64,000 nt of DNA, from the NCBI GenBank assembly GCA_030704615.1, contig CM060731.1, forward strand, positions 36,890,001 through 36,954,000, read 5' to 3'. The position numbers and the translations under genes are program-made. This document shows, in pieces, positions 12,731 through 24,734 of the stretch. Origin of the DNA: Takakia lepidozioides (lineage: Eukaryota > Plantae > Bryophyta). Numbering within the stretch: the stretch's first letter is position 1; each line of letters begins with the position of its first letter. Below the pieces are notes generated by a model. It saw only the letters and a list, made by a program, of their open reading frames with translations, searched no databases and was not told the origin of the DNA.

Positions 12731-14296
12731 TGAAATTTTAGTTTTTTACTCCCCATAATTTTCTTGTACAAGTAGCTGACCGCTTTTCCAAGTTGAAACC
12801 TCCACACATTCTTTTTCACTAGTGCCCCATTATTCTTTCCAACACTGAATTTTGCTCTTCATATTGTTCGGGACCAGTCTATCTTCATAGCCTGTTTTGT
12901 GCTTCTCTTTCGAACACTTTTTGTTTGTTGCTTTGGGCACGGGGTGGTTTCCCCATTATAAGCCTCCATGGCCTCAAGGGTGGTTATTTTTCCACCTCAT
13001 GCAATGCATTTCTAGGACTCTATTTCCCGTTTAATTTTTTTTAATTAAAAATAATAATAATAAAATATATTTTTAAATCTCCTTTCCAATTAGCAATCGC
13101 ATAGTTAGGAGCCATCACAGTAGCTGTGAAGGCGGCCGGGGGCTCCGCAATTTGTGATATGGAACTTAGAATGATTCTCTATGTACCTCCGACTCTACCG
13201 TCTCTTCTTTTTTACAGATCACTCCCTCCAATGCTTCTTTCAAGTTTGAGGACATAGCTGCCTCTCAAATAAAGAGAACTGTACCCCTCTCAGACAGTAA
13301 GACCATCTCCGAACATCTTTTGCTTCCCCAATGTTGAGACAGAGCCTCGAAAGAGCCTCTAACATAGCACAATCACTCCTTGCGTTGCCCCTCTACCGTC
13401 TTCCAGCTTTGTGTGACGACTGAGGCAACGGTGGTGTCTTGGACGACTTGTTTTTTTGTCTCTATGGAAACTTCTTCTAACGAGTCACTCTCTCCCCCCT
13501 CGAGAATAGTTACCTCACTCTTCAATCCTACGCCAACTTTGGCCTGAGAATGGAGGCTCAACACTCTCATAATGTTGAATTCAAGGCTCATGGATTCTTC
13601 CTTGGGGATGGAAAAGTTGTCAGCTGCAACCTAATTACGTTGATATGGTATGCCCATGCATGACAAATTATCAACTGTTCCTCTATCTTCATAGTCGTCG
13701 TATTGAAGGTGTTGTTTCGACCCCATTACCTATCCCAACCCATTGTTGCTATAATATAAATTCAACCATAGCTGCATGGTGCTCTTGGTCACACAGGGAA
13801 TCGGTGCTTTGAGGTTTCATGCCTTCTTAGCCCATAACTGACAAGATCCATTGTTATAAGTTGAAATGTGCAGCGACGATTAATGCAAGCCAGTGAGTTG
13901 TGCTCTCTCACGTCCTGCCAAAGTGTGGTAAGATGTAGACATGAAAGACGAGCCCCCCCCCCCCCCCCCCACTCTCTTCATATTGTCTAGCTTTCTCATT
14001 TCTTTCTCTTCCTTTTGATAGTTAAAGCATCAAGTGTTGTTCATGATGACATCCCGAGGAGAGTCGTCAAAGACAGGAAACGAAGGAGTTCATCCACGGG
14101 TGATAGAGGACAAGGTAGAGGTTGGACCCCCAAAATTATAATGATTGATCTAGATCGGGGGCTCTATTCTGGATAAGGCCCGGATCAGAGGCTTGCTTCT
14201 CCTTCTCCGCTCTCCTCCGAGCTGGTGCTTTCAAGAAGAATATGTTACAGTGCCTAACACCAATTCGCAACCTTCCTTACACTCAACATTGACAAT

Positions 14297-14788
14297 GTGC
14301 TCTCACAATCTCTGAAATTCGCCAAGCAGAGAGTTCTTCTTTACTTCCTTAATAAAATCAGATCAAGGATTCGGGTGGTTAAACATCTAGGGTTTGAAGG
14401 TGGCCTTGATCAACACTTTTGTCTTACTATGGATAGGGGATTTTATGAAATGATATTCAGTTCACAGAAGGAAGCTAAAAAGACATTGATATACAAAACC
14501 TGCAAATTTTCCAAAGCAAAGTCAACATCTACCCCTAGACGCAAGATTGGGGCCACAAGGAGGGTGTCAGTTGGAAACCACGGGTCATTGCAAAACCACG
14601 GGTCATTGCAATTTCTTTCCTCCCTGGTACTTATCTCTCCTCACTCTCCGAGATTAGAGCAAGCTTCGACACATACATTGAGTCCATCAACGTTTATGAC
14701 CATGTCCACAGATGACATCATTTCGAAGTACAAACTGCATCAGCTCGGTTTGACCAATATGACCGTCTCATTTTTCAAACTGCGTTAA
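14297..14788 (+). pseudogene. Possible LINE ORF1 (DUF4283-like) remnant
   Basis: MDRGFYEMIFSSQKEAKKTL resembles the GFF/Y-x-x-x-F motif of plant L1 ORF1; the rest is degraded. Confidence 0.3.
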
Positions 14789-14814
14789 AATTTTATATTC
14801 GAAATAATAAAACA

Positions 14815-15119
14815 TACCGCTAGCTCTTGCGATCCCGATTTTATCCGGGAGAAAAAAATCGAGACCGCTAGCTCCGGAGGTCTGTTTGCACTCTCAGTTT
14901 TAATATTTAAAAATAAAATCGGGGACCGCCAGCTTTGGCGGGCAGCTAGCAGTTCTTATTTTATTATTTAAAGGAACAATCGAGACTGTCAGCTCAAGCA
15001 GTCCGTTGGTTCGTCCCATTTTTATCCAAAAAAGAAAAACACCACTAGCTCACGGTCCAAATTTTATTACTAATAAATAAATAAAACGGAACTAACAGCA
15101 TTGGCGGTCCTGGATTTAG

Positions 15120-15155
<36 letters not shown>

Positions 15156-15212
15156 CCAGCTCTGACAGTCTACTGATGGTCCCAATTTTATCAAAAACTC
15201 ACTAGCTAAGGC
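14815..15212. repeat. Array of ACC(G/A)C(T/C)AGCT motifs with AT-rich spacers and a (TA)n microsatellite at 15121-15153; likely a DNA-transposon subterminal region
   Basis: The motif recurs about 7 times at roughly 55-65 bp spacing. Confidence 0.55.
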
Positions 15213-15682
15213 GGTGGTCCACTGGTGCAGCGTTTTTTTTTTTTGGCGAATTTTTGTTATTTGGTGAGCTTAGATTCGGCTCTTCGACTTGTTAAAAATG
15301 AGGGAAAAAATGTGGTGTAATCGCCAACCCATCAGTGTAACAGGCCCAGGGAATAGCCATTGCCTAGGCCAGTGTTCTTCCCATTATTGACACCTCACCA
15401 CTAAGCCTTCAAAATGAATCGTCAGCCGTCAATTTGTGGAAAATTACGTTTAGATGTTATCGGCACTTGTTTTCTCTAGCCAATGAGTGTTCTTTAATAT
15501 CTTTGAGACGTGTAGATTTGCTAAAGCTTTTCAATGTCTTAGCATCTTATTAGATATGCTAAATATGTTAAAGCTCTTCAATGTGTTAGCGGTGTATAGA
15601 TATGTTCAGTACTGCATCGTTATGGGAAAAATCTGTATCACTGGTTTCACAAATGCTACGTTCTTTCTATCCTTTTTCAGTC

Positions 15683-16226
15683 CATGTCCACGGTTTGCTT
15701 TTAGCCAAGCCACTTTCTTATTCCAACTTGCACATTTACAAATTTACAGATCATTTCCTCACAGATCGTTGACCATATTCTGGACTTTCGTTCAGAATCT
15801 ACTCTGTCAAGTTTTGTACATGAATTGATCTTCTATCATGCTCTATGCACAGTACTGGAATTCACAGTCCAGTCCACCCAACCACCACACCGTGCATTGC
15901 TCAATTCAACCATCATCGGGTAGTGTAGGTCTGATTGTCATCTCCTTCATCAAAGCCCGCTAGCTCTCCCCTGCTATACTTATGATGGTTGAATTGAACG
16001 ATGCACGGTGTGGTGGTTGGGCGGCCTGGACTGTGACTTCTAGTACTGTGCATAGAGCATAATCGAAGATCAGTTCATTTACAAAAGTTGACAGAGTAGA
16101 TTCTGAACAAAAGGGGGACGAAATGCCAGAATATGGTCAACGATATATGAAGAAACGATCTGTAAATTTGTAAATGTACAAGTTGGAATAAGACAGTGGC
16201 ATGGCTAAAAGCAAACCGTGGACATG
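15683..16226. repeat. Long inverted repeat (foldback); arms ~15683-15916 and ~15982-16226
   Basis: Arm 1 (CATGTCCACGGTTTGCTTTTAGCC...CAATTCAACCATCAT) is the reverse complement of arm 2 (ATGATGGTTGAATTG...GGCTAAAAGCAAACCGTGGACATG), with scattered mismatches and one short indel. Confidence 0.9.
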
Positions 16227-16588
16227 ACCAACGACACATTCGAGATGTGCTTGTGCGTAGAATCCACGCCCATACTTTGAGAAAATTGAGGTTTTGCTGA
16301 CAAATTGGGACTGATTCAAGAAGATATGCAACCTTGTCAAATTACCACTTAAAACGATTATTTCTTCTTTCAGATTGTGACAAGAATCCAATTCAGACCA
16401 ACACCATTACTGCAACCTTACCCTTGATGAACTATATTCACAGGATTTTCAACTATCATTTGTACAGGGGAGGAACCGCAGTCCTTGGCTCTGATACCCT
16501 TTAATATGAATATCTCTTCAATTTAGTTTCACGCCCACTGGCACCATCAGATTCCACTGATCGCCTACTAGCTTCACGATCGAGCATG

Positions 16589-18103
16589 GTAGCTCTCATG
16601 AAGGCTCTAGCTCCAAGAAACAGGGGTTGAATACTTTTGGTACTTTTGCATTTTTGTCTTGCCGAAATTTTTCGTGATTGCGAGTCGATGTCAGGATTAT
16701 GAAGTACAAACCAGGGAAGTCCAAGGATGACATTGAAAATAATCTGTGATGCTTGATTTTTAAGCTTCACTTTAAGGGGTCGAGTTTCATGGTCAACATT
16801 TCCTAATGCTAACGGTCGTCCATCGATAACTTCAACAGGGGCCGAAAATTGCTTTCTTACGAGCGTTAAATTGTGTTGCTTCGCAAAGTCTTTGTCAATA
16901 AAACACGCTGAAGCGCCCGAGTCCAAAAGTACTTCTACGGAGATATCTCGATTTTGCATCCTGATCTTTACTGGAACTGTGAAACAAGATACAGGGTCTG
17001 GAGGTAGAAAAAAACCTTTTTTTTTTTAGGAATTTGGGGTGTCCAGCCGCATGGTCCTTACTGTGACTGGACATCTTCGTTTTCCGACCTCCTCGTATCG
17101 AACACTTGAGTGGTGCCCCGAGCTTTGAATCTTCTCTTGTTGGGGCAGTTTAATGCCATGTGATCATTTTCTCCGCAATAAAGGCATAATTCATTCGAGC
17201 GCCGTCTTTGTTTTTCATGTGGCATCAATGACTTGAATCGGACAGCATCAATCTGCATATGATCATTACCGGATGTCTGATGGATCGTTGTATTTGGTGC
17301 CGTAGTAGCAGCGGCATGGTGCGTCGTCGATCATCCAGATCGCTTCTCTTGACGTTTTTTGAACTAACGATTATCGCATGTAATGACTTGGGTGATGAAT
17401 TCATTCAGTGTACTCACGTTTGGCATTGTCAGCAACAAATCTTTAACATCATCTTTTAGGCCACATCGAAACTGACTAATGAGGCTGTTCTCATTCCAAT
17501 CGAGGTCGCACGCAAGTTGTCGAAATTCGGTAGCATAAACGGAAGCTGGATGTGCTCTTTGTCGAAGATTTCGCATCTTTGTCTCTGCAACACTCTCTCT
17601 ATCATTCTTTCTAAACGTTGCAGTGAACTCGGACATGAACGCTTCAAAATTGTATAGGAAATGCGAATTTTTCTCTAATAGCGGTGCAAACCAAGATAGG
17701 GCAATGCCTGATAGAAGGGTGCCCACGAATCCCACTTGAATACCTTCATCAGAGTAGCATTGTGGATGTAGTCGTAGGAACAATCATACTTGTTGAACAA
17801 AACCGCGAAATCTTGATCTCGTCCCATCAAATTACTCGGGCATGCTGACCTTGACTCTCTTGTAATCTGTTGAAGATTTGGAGGAACCGCTGCAGTAGGA
17901 TTTGTTGTAGTATGGACTCGTAAGGTTGAAGATCCATTATTCGACTCCTTCAACTCTGAAATTTGTTGTTGCAAATTGTTGAGAGCATTGCGAAGGTCTT
18001 GAGACTGATCAACTTGTAGTTGGGCAGTAGAGACACGAAGTTCTTGCATCTGGAGCTGAAGACTCTGCAATGTGACGACCATTTCCGCAAATGTGTCTTC
18101 CAT
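16589..18103 (-). mobile_element. Chromovirus (Tcn1-like Ty3/Gypsy) gag and protease, degenerate
   Basis: Coiled-coil N-terminus, retrotrans-gag (LLSGIALSWF...YATEFRQLA...QFRCGLKDDVK), CCHC knuckle CLYCGENDHMALNC and protease VLLDSGAS; interrupted by stops and frameshifts. Confidence 0.92.
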
Positions 18104-18124
18104 CTTAACTAACTAAGGAACAAA

Positions 18125-18141
18125 CTTTAGTCTCGTCAAAC
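18125..18141 (-). promoter_or_regulatory. Non-tRNA primer-binding site (candidate self-priming PBS)
   Basis: Lies immediately 3' of the 5' LTR on the minus strand. GTTTGACGAGACTAAAG is complementary (13/15) to LTR positions 18401-18415. Confidence 0.6.
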
Positions 18142-18743
18142 TATCAAGGACGAGAACATGACTGAACACAAACAATATGTAAGACTAGAGATACAAGGCT
18201 AGACAAGAAGTCAAGGTCGGCGTGGCCGAATGCACGATGAGTAAATATGAATCAAGACGATTTTTATAACAATGAACAAGAGTACAAGATATTGGAACAC
18301 GACTTGAATACTGGAATGCTGGAAACTGGACTGGAGTACCAGATACTGAAAATTGGGCTAGAGTACTGGGAACTGGAAACAAGAGTAGCTTGAACTGATG
18401 TTGACGAAACTGAAGAGTGTCCAGTCTCGCCTCTTATATATACTGGCTACTAAGAAGCTTCTCTAAGAAGCTTCCCCTATGGAGGTTTCTTGTTGGAGAA
18501 GTTTCCAAGATTATACAAAGGTTTCTTGAAGGAGAAGCTTCCTTAAACAAAAGAAGTATCTTGATGGAGAAATTTCCCAAGTTACTCTTGGTAATTTGGT
18601 AAATTCTCGGTAACTTGGTAAGTAATGGTAAATCATGGTAAATTACAGTAAGTCATGGTAACTTCCGGTAACATGATAACTTGGTAATTTGGTAACTTCT
18701 GGTATTTACTCCTTGTAAGTTCTTCTGGGCTATGTCCGTGACA
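18142..18743 (-). mobile_element. 5' LTR (602 bp) of the chromovirus
   Basis: Reads TGTCACGGAC...CGTCCTTGAT(A) on the minus strand, has a TATA box near 18442-18434, is followed by gag, and is highly similar to the LTRs at 21750-22381 and 28422-29012. Confidence 0.92.
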
Positions 18744-20183
18744 GTAGACATTGGAGCTGGGACCTCTGATTTTAGCGCCGTCATTATCATTTACAATAAT
18801 TACATAAGCTACGGTTTCAATTTTTGCCTTGGCATCATTGCCAATGACATTCAATACAACATCATTGGAGAATGGGTTGTTATCTTCTTATCAGCCTCTT
18901 GATGTGTTGAGGCTATATCAGGGTATATCGTGGATGGAGATAGGGTCTTACCCAATGGTGACAACAATGCTCATTTAAGGATGGTAGAGGAGCTTGATGT
19001 GCGGGGAAATTTTGTGCAACACTCATTGTGTGGACATTGACCCTGCAGGTAGTGTTTTCAGAAAACACGGTTGGGCGTTTGCGAAGTTCAGGTGGGTCAT
19101 CCAGCAACGCATCTACAATAAACATGCACAAATACAGTCAGTTGCAGAGCCATCAAAGCTAATAAATAACAAACTATAAATGACAAACCATGAGCATTTA
19201 CCAGTTACATAACAATGGAGACAACTAATTAAACATGTATATGTTGAATATAGAAAAGACTTCATAAAATCCAAATTAGATTTCCCCAAAATGGACTTAT
19301 ATATCCACATTGAAGTCAAGTCAATAATTGTGTTCTAGATTATACTCCAAGCTCCATAAAGTGGATTGCAAGTCCGTCACAAAGTCCATCAAATTGGATT
19401 GTATGTCCAAAATTGGGATCCAATTAACTAGAATGTCATATGTTACATTTCAAGTCCAAATAAATTGGACGTACTCAAAGTCCTACAACTTGGACAAAAT
19501 AGACAAAGTTCTGAAAGTACAAAACATTCAAACCTAAATAGATTCTATGTGGAATTCAAACCACACAGCCTTGCCCGTTCACGGTGCTGCCAATCTATGT
19601 CCTCTGTTGTTCACTGACCTACAATTTCAATGCCAGATCTTTGATTTCGGGATTCATCACCCGGAACCCAAAGCTCATGCACCAAAACGGATGCATGAGT
19701 TATGTACAACTCACATCTCCACAACGATTAGAAATTTTCATGTGCAAGGCCAAACATGCACGGTGGTAGGTGTGCTTGCAGGATGCCGGAACCATATTCT
19801 AGCAATAAAACCACTTTCGACATACAAAGCATGCTCAAGTGCTTCCTTGGGGTATGTTTCACTCTCAAAAATCCAAACAGGTCCTTCAAAGTCTCATATT
19901 CTGTCATATGACGACCTTCACGCAACAAATAGAACAATGCTGCAAACTGAAGAAAAAAAATTCATGTCATTTTCAACTACTTGACCTAGTACCAACTGAT
20001 GCAACACATTCCTGATACATGTACTGCAAAATTCTCTCGTTCTGTTGGTGTTGGTTAGTAGGATCGTAGTACAAAGATCCTTTGCTGCGACCAGGTGTGG
20101 AGTCACCAGCTTTATTACGGCCAGCATGTTTGTAGAGACTATCAAGCTTTGGCACCAACAACTTTTTCCTCCCCTCAACATGG
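18744..20183 (-). pseudogene. hAT-like (ZNF862-type) transposase remnant, middle part
   Basis: Fragments [21 protein letters not shown] and FYLLREGRHMTEYETLKDLFGFL resemble the zinc-finger and downstream region of hAT-derived ZNF862-like transposases. This is recognition from memory, not a search. Confidence 0.5.
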
Positions 20184-21749
20184 CGGTCATCTATACCGTA
20201 TTGTGATAGTATTGCGCTAAGTGCAAAGTCCGATGCATCTGCTTCCAAAAAGAATGGTTTAGATGGGTCTACATGTACCAGTATTGGAGGCGTTGTAAAT
20301 GCCTGCTTCAGCCTTTCAAATGCTTGGTCAGCCTTCTCGTCTCATACAAATTTGTCCTTCTCTGTGAGTCGTGTCATTGGTGCAACAATTTTGGGGTAGT
20401 CCTTGATGAAGATTCTATAGAAATTTGCAAATCCTAGAAAACATTGTACATCTCGGACCGAAGTTGGTTTAACCCATTCGATGATGGTTTGTATTTTCTT
20501 CTGATCCATAAAGACTCATTTGTCGGAAATAGTGTAGCCCAAAAATTCGACTTCAGATTGATGGAAAATACATTTTTCCAACTTGACAGATAGTCTTTTT
20601 TCCCTCAATTTATGAAGGACAAGGCGTACATGACGACCATGTTCTTCTTCATTCTGTGAAAATATCAAAATGTCGTCCAAATAGATGACTACAAAGTCAT
20701 CTAAAAATTCTCGAAAGATGTCATTCATCATGTGTTGAAAAATTGTTGGAGCATTTGTAAGACCGAAAGGCATAACACTATATTCGAAATGTCCATACCT
20801 TGTGCGAAAAACACTCTTCCATTCGTCTCCTTCTTTTATTCGTACAAGGTTGTAAGCTCCTCTCAAGTCAATCTTTGTGAAAAAATTTGCTCGTCCAAGT
20901 TGTTCGAGGGTCCGAAAATCAGCGGTAGTGGGTAACGATTTTTGATAGTGACTTTGTTGAGCCCACGATAGTCCACACACATGCGTAACGATCCGTCATT
21001 CTTCTTCACAAATAAGATAGGTGCTCCCGCGGGTGATTTCGAATGTTGAATGAAATTCTTTGACAAATTTTCATCAATATATTCGCGTAAAGCAGCCAAC
21101 TCCGTCTGAGATAAATTGTAGATCGGACGGAATGGTGGTTGAGCTTCTTCTTGCAACTCAATTGTATAATCATAAGGTCGATGTTCTGGCAACATGTCTG
21201 CATTTTTCTTCTCGAAAACATCCTTGAAATCTTGATATTGAGTGGGTAATGTCGAAATACCTTGGTCTACTGTGGTTTTGGTCGGAGTCGCATAAAGTGC
21301 AAATGTTGTGTCTTTCTTCGTAGCTCTCATGAAGGCTCTAGCTCCAAGAAACAGAGGTTGAATACCTTTGGTACTTTTGCATTTTTGTCTTGCCGAAATT
21401 TTTCGTGATCGCCAGTCGATGTCAGGATTATGAAGTACAAACCAGGGAAGTCCAAGGATCACATGATTCGTTGGAGACTGGATGACATTGAAAACAATCT
21501 GCGATGCTTGATTTTTAAGCTTCACTTCAAGGGGTCGAGTTTCTTGGTCAACATTTCCTGATGCTAACGGTCGTCCATCGATGACTTCAACAGGGGCCGA
21601 GAATTTCTTTCTTACGAGCATTAAATTGTGTTGCTTCGCAAAGTCTTTGTCAATAAAACGCTGAAGCGCCCGAGTCCAAAAGTGCTTCTACGGAGATATC
21701 TCGATTTTGCATCCTGATCTTTACTAGAACTGTGAAACAAGGTACAGGG
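20184..21749 (-). mobile_element. Chromovirus protease-RT-partial RNase H
   Basis: [51 protein letters not shown]. Confidence 0.95.
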
Positions 21750-22381
21750 TGTCAAGGACGAGAATATGACTGAACACAAACAAGAGATAAGACTAGAGGT
21801 ACAAGGCTAGACAAGAAATCAAGGTCGGCGTGGCCGAATGCACGATGAGTAAATATGAATCAAGACGATCTTTATAACAATGAACAAGAATACAAGATAT
21901 TGGAACACGACTTGAATACTGGAATGCTGGAAACTGGACTGGAGTACCAGATACTGGAAACTGGGCTAGGGTACTGGGAACTGGAAACAAGAGTAATTTG
22001 AACTGGTGTTGGCGAGACTTAAGAGTGTCCAGTCTCGCTTCCTATATATACTGGCTACTAAGAAGCTTCCCCAAGAAGTTTATCCTATGGAGGTTTCTTG
22101 CTGGAGAAGTTTCCAAGATTAAACAAAGGTTTCTTGATGGAGAAGCTTCCTTAAACAAAGGAGGTATCTTGATGGAGAAGTTTCCACCAAAGGAAGTTTC
22201 CTGAGTAGTTTCCCAAGTTACTCTTGGTAATTTGGTAAACTTCCGATAACTTGGTAAGTAATGGTAAATCATGGTAGATCATGATAAATCACGGTAAGTC
22301 ATGGTAACTTCCGGTAATATGGTAACTTGGTAACTTCTGGTATTTACTCCTAGTAAGTTCTTCTGGGCTATGTCCGTGATA
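21750..22381 (-). mobile_element. 3' LTR of a nested same-family chromovirus
   Basis: Preceded on the minus strand by the PPT AGAGGAGGGGGTGA (22382-22395). It ends ...CCTTGACA directly against the protease 5' region of another copy. Confidence 0.92.
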
Positions 22382-24118
22382 TCACCCCCTCCTCTAGCGT
22401 CGAGTTCATCGAGGAGCGGTAAAATCTTGGACTTGCTTAGAGTTGGAGAAAATCCAAAATCCGGCGAATGGTACTTGCCAAGTATTCGGCTCTTCGTTCT
22501 TGACTCAACTGATTTATAGGTCCCTGCAACCATCGATAGTGTCCAACACCTTGAACCTGGGACCACGCAGTGATTTGAACATTCTGATTTTCGAAGCTGT
22601 CTTCAAACATGATTTTGTTGCCCTCTGGGTCCGAAGCCTCAACCTCCAACATAATTATCAAGCTTCGAGTAGGTTCCATTTGCCGTCGTACGGGGTTCAG
22701 ACGAAGAAGTATACGTCGCATTGGTGGCCCATCGTCTCAAGAGCGTCGGCGTGATGTTGAAGGTCGTGAGAGTCGGAATGGCTGATCTGGTAGCTGGGTA
22801 AGCGATAACTCCAATGTATCTGGTTCCTGTGTCTCTGTGGTTTTTGTGATCGGTATAGACAATGACCTGATGTTTAGCTCCCTCCAATAGATGACGTCAC
22901 TCCTCAAAAGCATCGATAATAACTAGAAGTTCTTTGTCATGGATTTCATAATTGATCTCCGCAACGGAAAATTTGCGAGAACGAAAACCAACAGGGTGGA
23001 GTCGGCCATCTGTACCGTATTGTGAGAGTATCGCGCCAAGTGCAAAATCCGATGCATCTGCTTCTAAGAAGAATGGTTTAGATGCGTCTGCATGTACCAG
23101 TATTGGAGTCGTTGTAAATGCCTGGTCAGCCTTCTCGTCCCATACAAATTTGTCCTTCCCTGTGAATCGTGTCAATGGTGCAGCAATTTTGGAGTAGTCA
23201 TTGATGAAGATTCTATAGAAATTTGCAAATCATAGAAAACATTGTACATCTCGGACCGAAGTTGGTTTAATCCACTCGATGATGGTTTGTACTTTCTTAC
23301 GATCCATAAAGACGCATTTGTCGGAAATAATGTAGCCCAGAAATTCGACCTCAGATTGATGGAAAAGACATTTCTCCAACTTGGCATATAGTCATCTTTC
23401 TCTTAATTTATCAAGGACAAGGCGTACATGGCGGCCATGTTCTTCTTCGTTTTGTGAAAATATCAAAATGTCGTCCAAATATATGACTACAAAGTCATCT
23501 AAAAATTCTCGAAATATGTCATTCATCATATGTTGGAAAATTGCTGGAGCATTTATAAGACCGAAAGGTATAACACTGTATTCAAAATGTCCATACCTTG
23601 TTTGAAAAGTTGTTTTCCATTCGACTCCTTCTTTTATCCATACAAGGTTATAAGCTCCTCTCAAGTCGATTTTGGTGAAAATCTTCGCTCGTCCCAGCTG
23701 GTCGAGAAGCCCAGAAATCAGCGGCAACGGATAACGATTCTTGATTGTGATTTTGTTGAGACCGCGATAGTCGACACACATGCGTAATGATCCATCCTTC
23801 TTTTTTCACAAACAAGATAGGCGCCCCTGCGAGTGATTTGGAATGTCGGATGAAGTGCTTTGACAAATTTTCATCAATGTATTCGCGTAATGCAGCCAAC
23901 TCCGTCTGGGATAAGCTATAGATTGGGCCGAATGGTGGTTGGGCTCCTTCTTGTAACTCAATTGCACAGTCATAAGGTCGATGTTCTTGCAATATGTCTG
24001 CATTTTTCTTCTCGAAGACATCTTTGAAATCTTGATATTGAGCGGGTAATGTTGAAGTACCTTTGTCTGTTGTGGTCTTGATCGGAGTCGCATAAAGTGC
24101 AAATGTCGCCTCTTTTTT
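22382..24118 (-). mobile_element. Chromovirus RT-RNase H with integrase deleted, joined near 22835 to the 3' UTR and PPT
   Basis: YLDD RT and RNase H ([13 protein letters not shown]...DKELL...YTDHKN) followed abruptly by sequence homologous to 27985-28421. Confidence 0.9.
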
Positions 24119-24471
24119 ATTTCGGTATTCCTCATCCTCTTTTTCGTTGAGTGAGTTTTCTCTGGTAAAACTCGTCTAAACTCTGTACGTATGAGGTTGC
24201 CCAACGCTACCATTTGCGCTTCAAACAAAAAAAACCTTCTCAATTCTCCCTAGGCTACGAACTTTGTGCGTCTGAGTGCTCTGTCATGGTGTCTTCGCGT
24301 TTTTTCACCTCCCGTAGACATGAGCTTCCTGAACCAATTGAAAGCAAGGCCTTCAAATTGGTAGACAAGATGGAGGGGTGGTAGATCAAAGATAAATTTA
24401 ATATCAATCTTTTCAATTTCAAGTGTGCTCACATTGGGGTTCTCAAGTAGTCATTCTCAATTTGTGCAGCT

Positions 24472-24734
24472 ATGGCTCCATTGATTCCACCAACAAATTT
24501 CAAATACAAACTAATCTTTGATGTCACAGCCCCATCGCATGTAGCATCTTCTAGCAACATTAGTTCTATTGTGACGATCCTTGTGAACACCCCAAGAGAA
24601 ACATCATTTGTGACTGATGGGACAGAGAAAAGCAAGAAGATGAAAGAGTACGAGACAAATAGGACATTTCAAGATATTTGGGCTAAGAGTGCAATGGGCC
24701 CTATTGGCAAGATCTCTCAAAGTCAAATGTAAAG
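24472..24734 (+). pseudogene. hAT-like transposase remnant, N-terminal part
   Basis: KEYETNRTFQDIWA...GKISQ(V)KCK ends at the junction with retroelement RNase H and continues logically into the fragment starting at 20183 on the minus strand. Confidence 0.45.
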
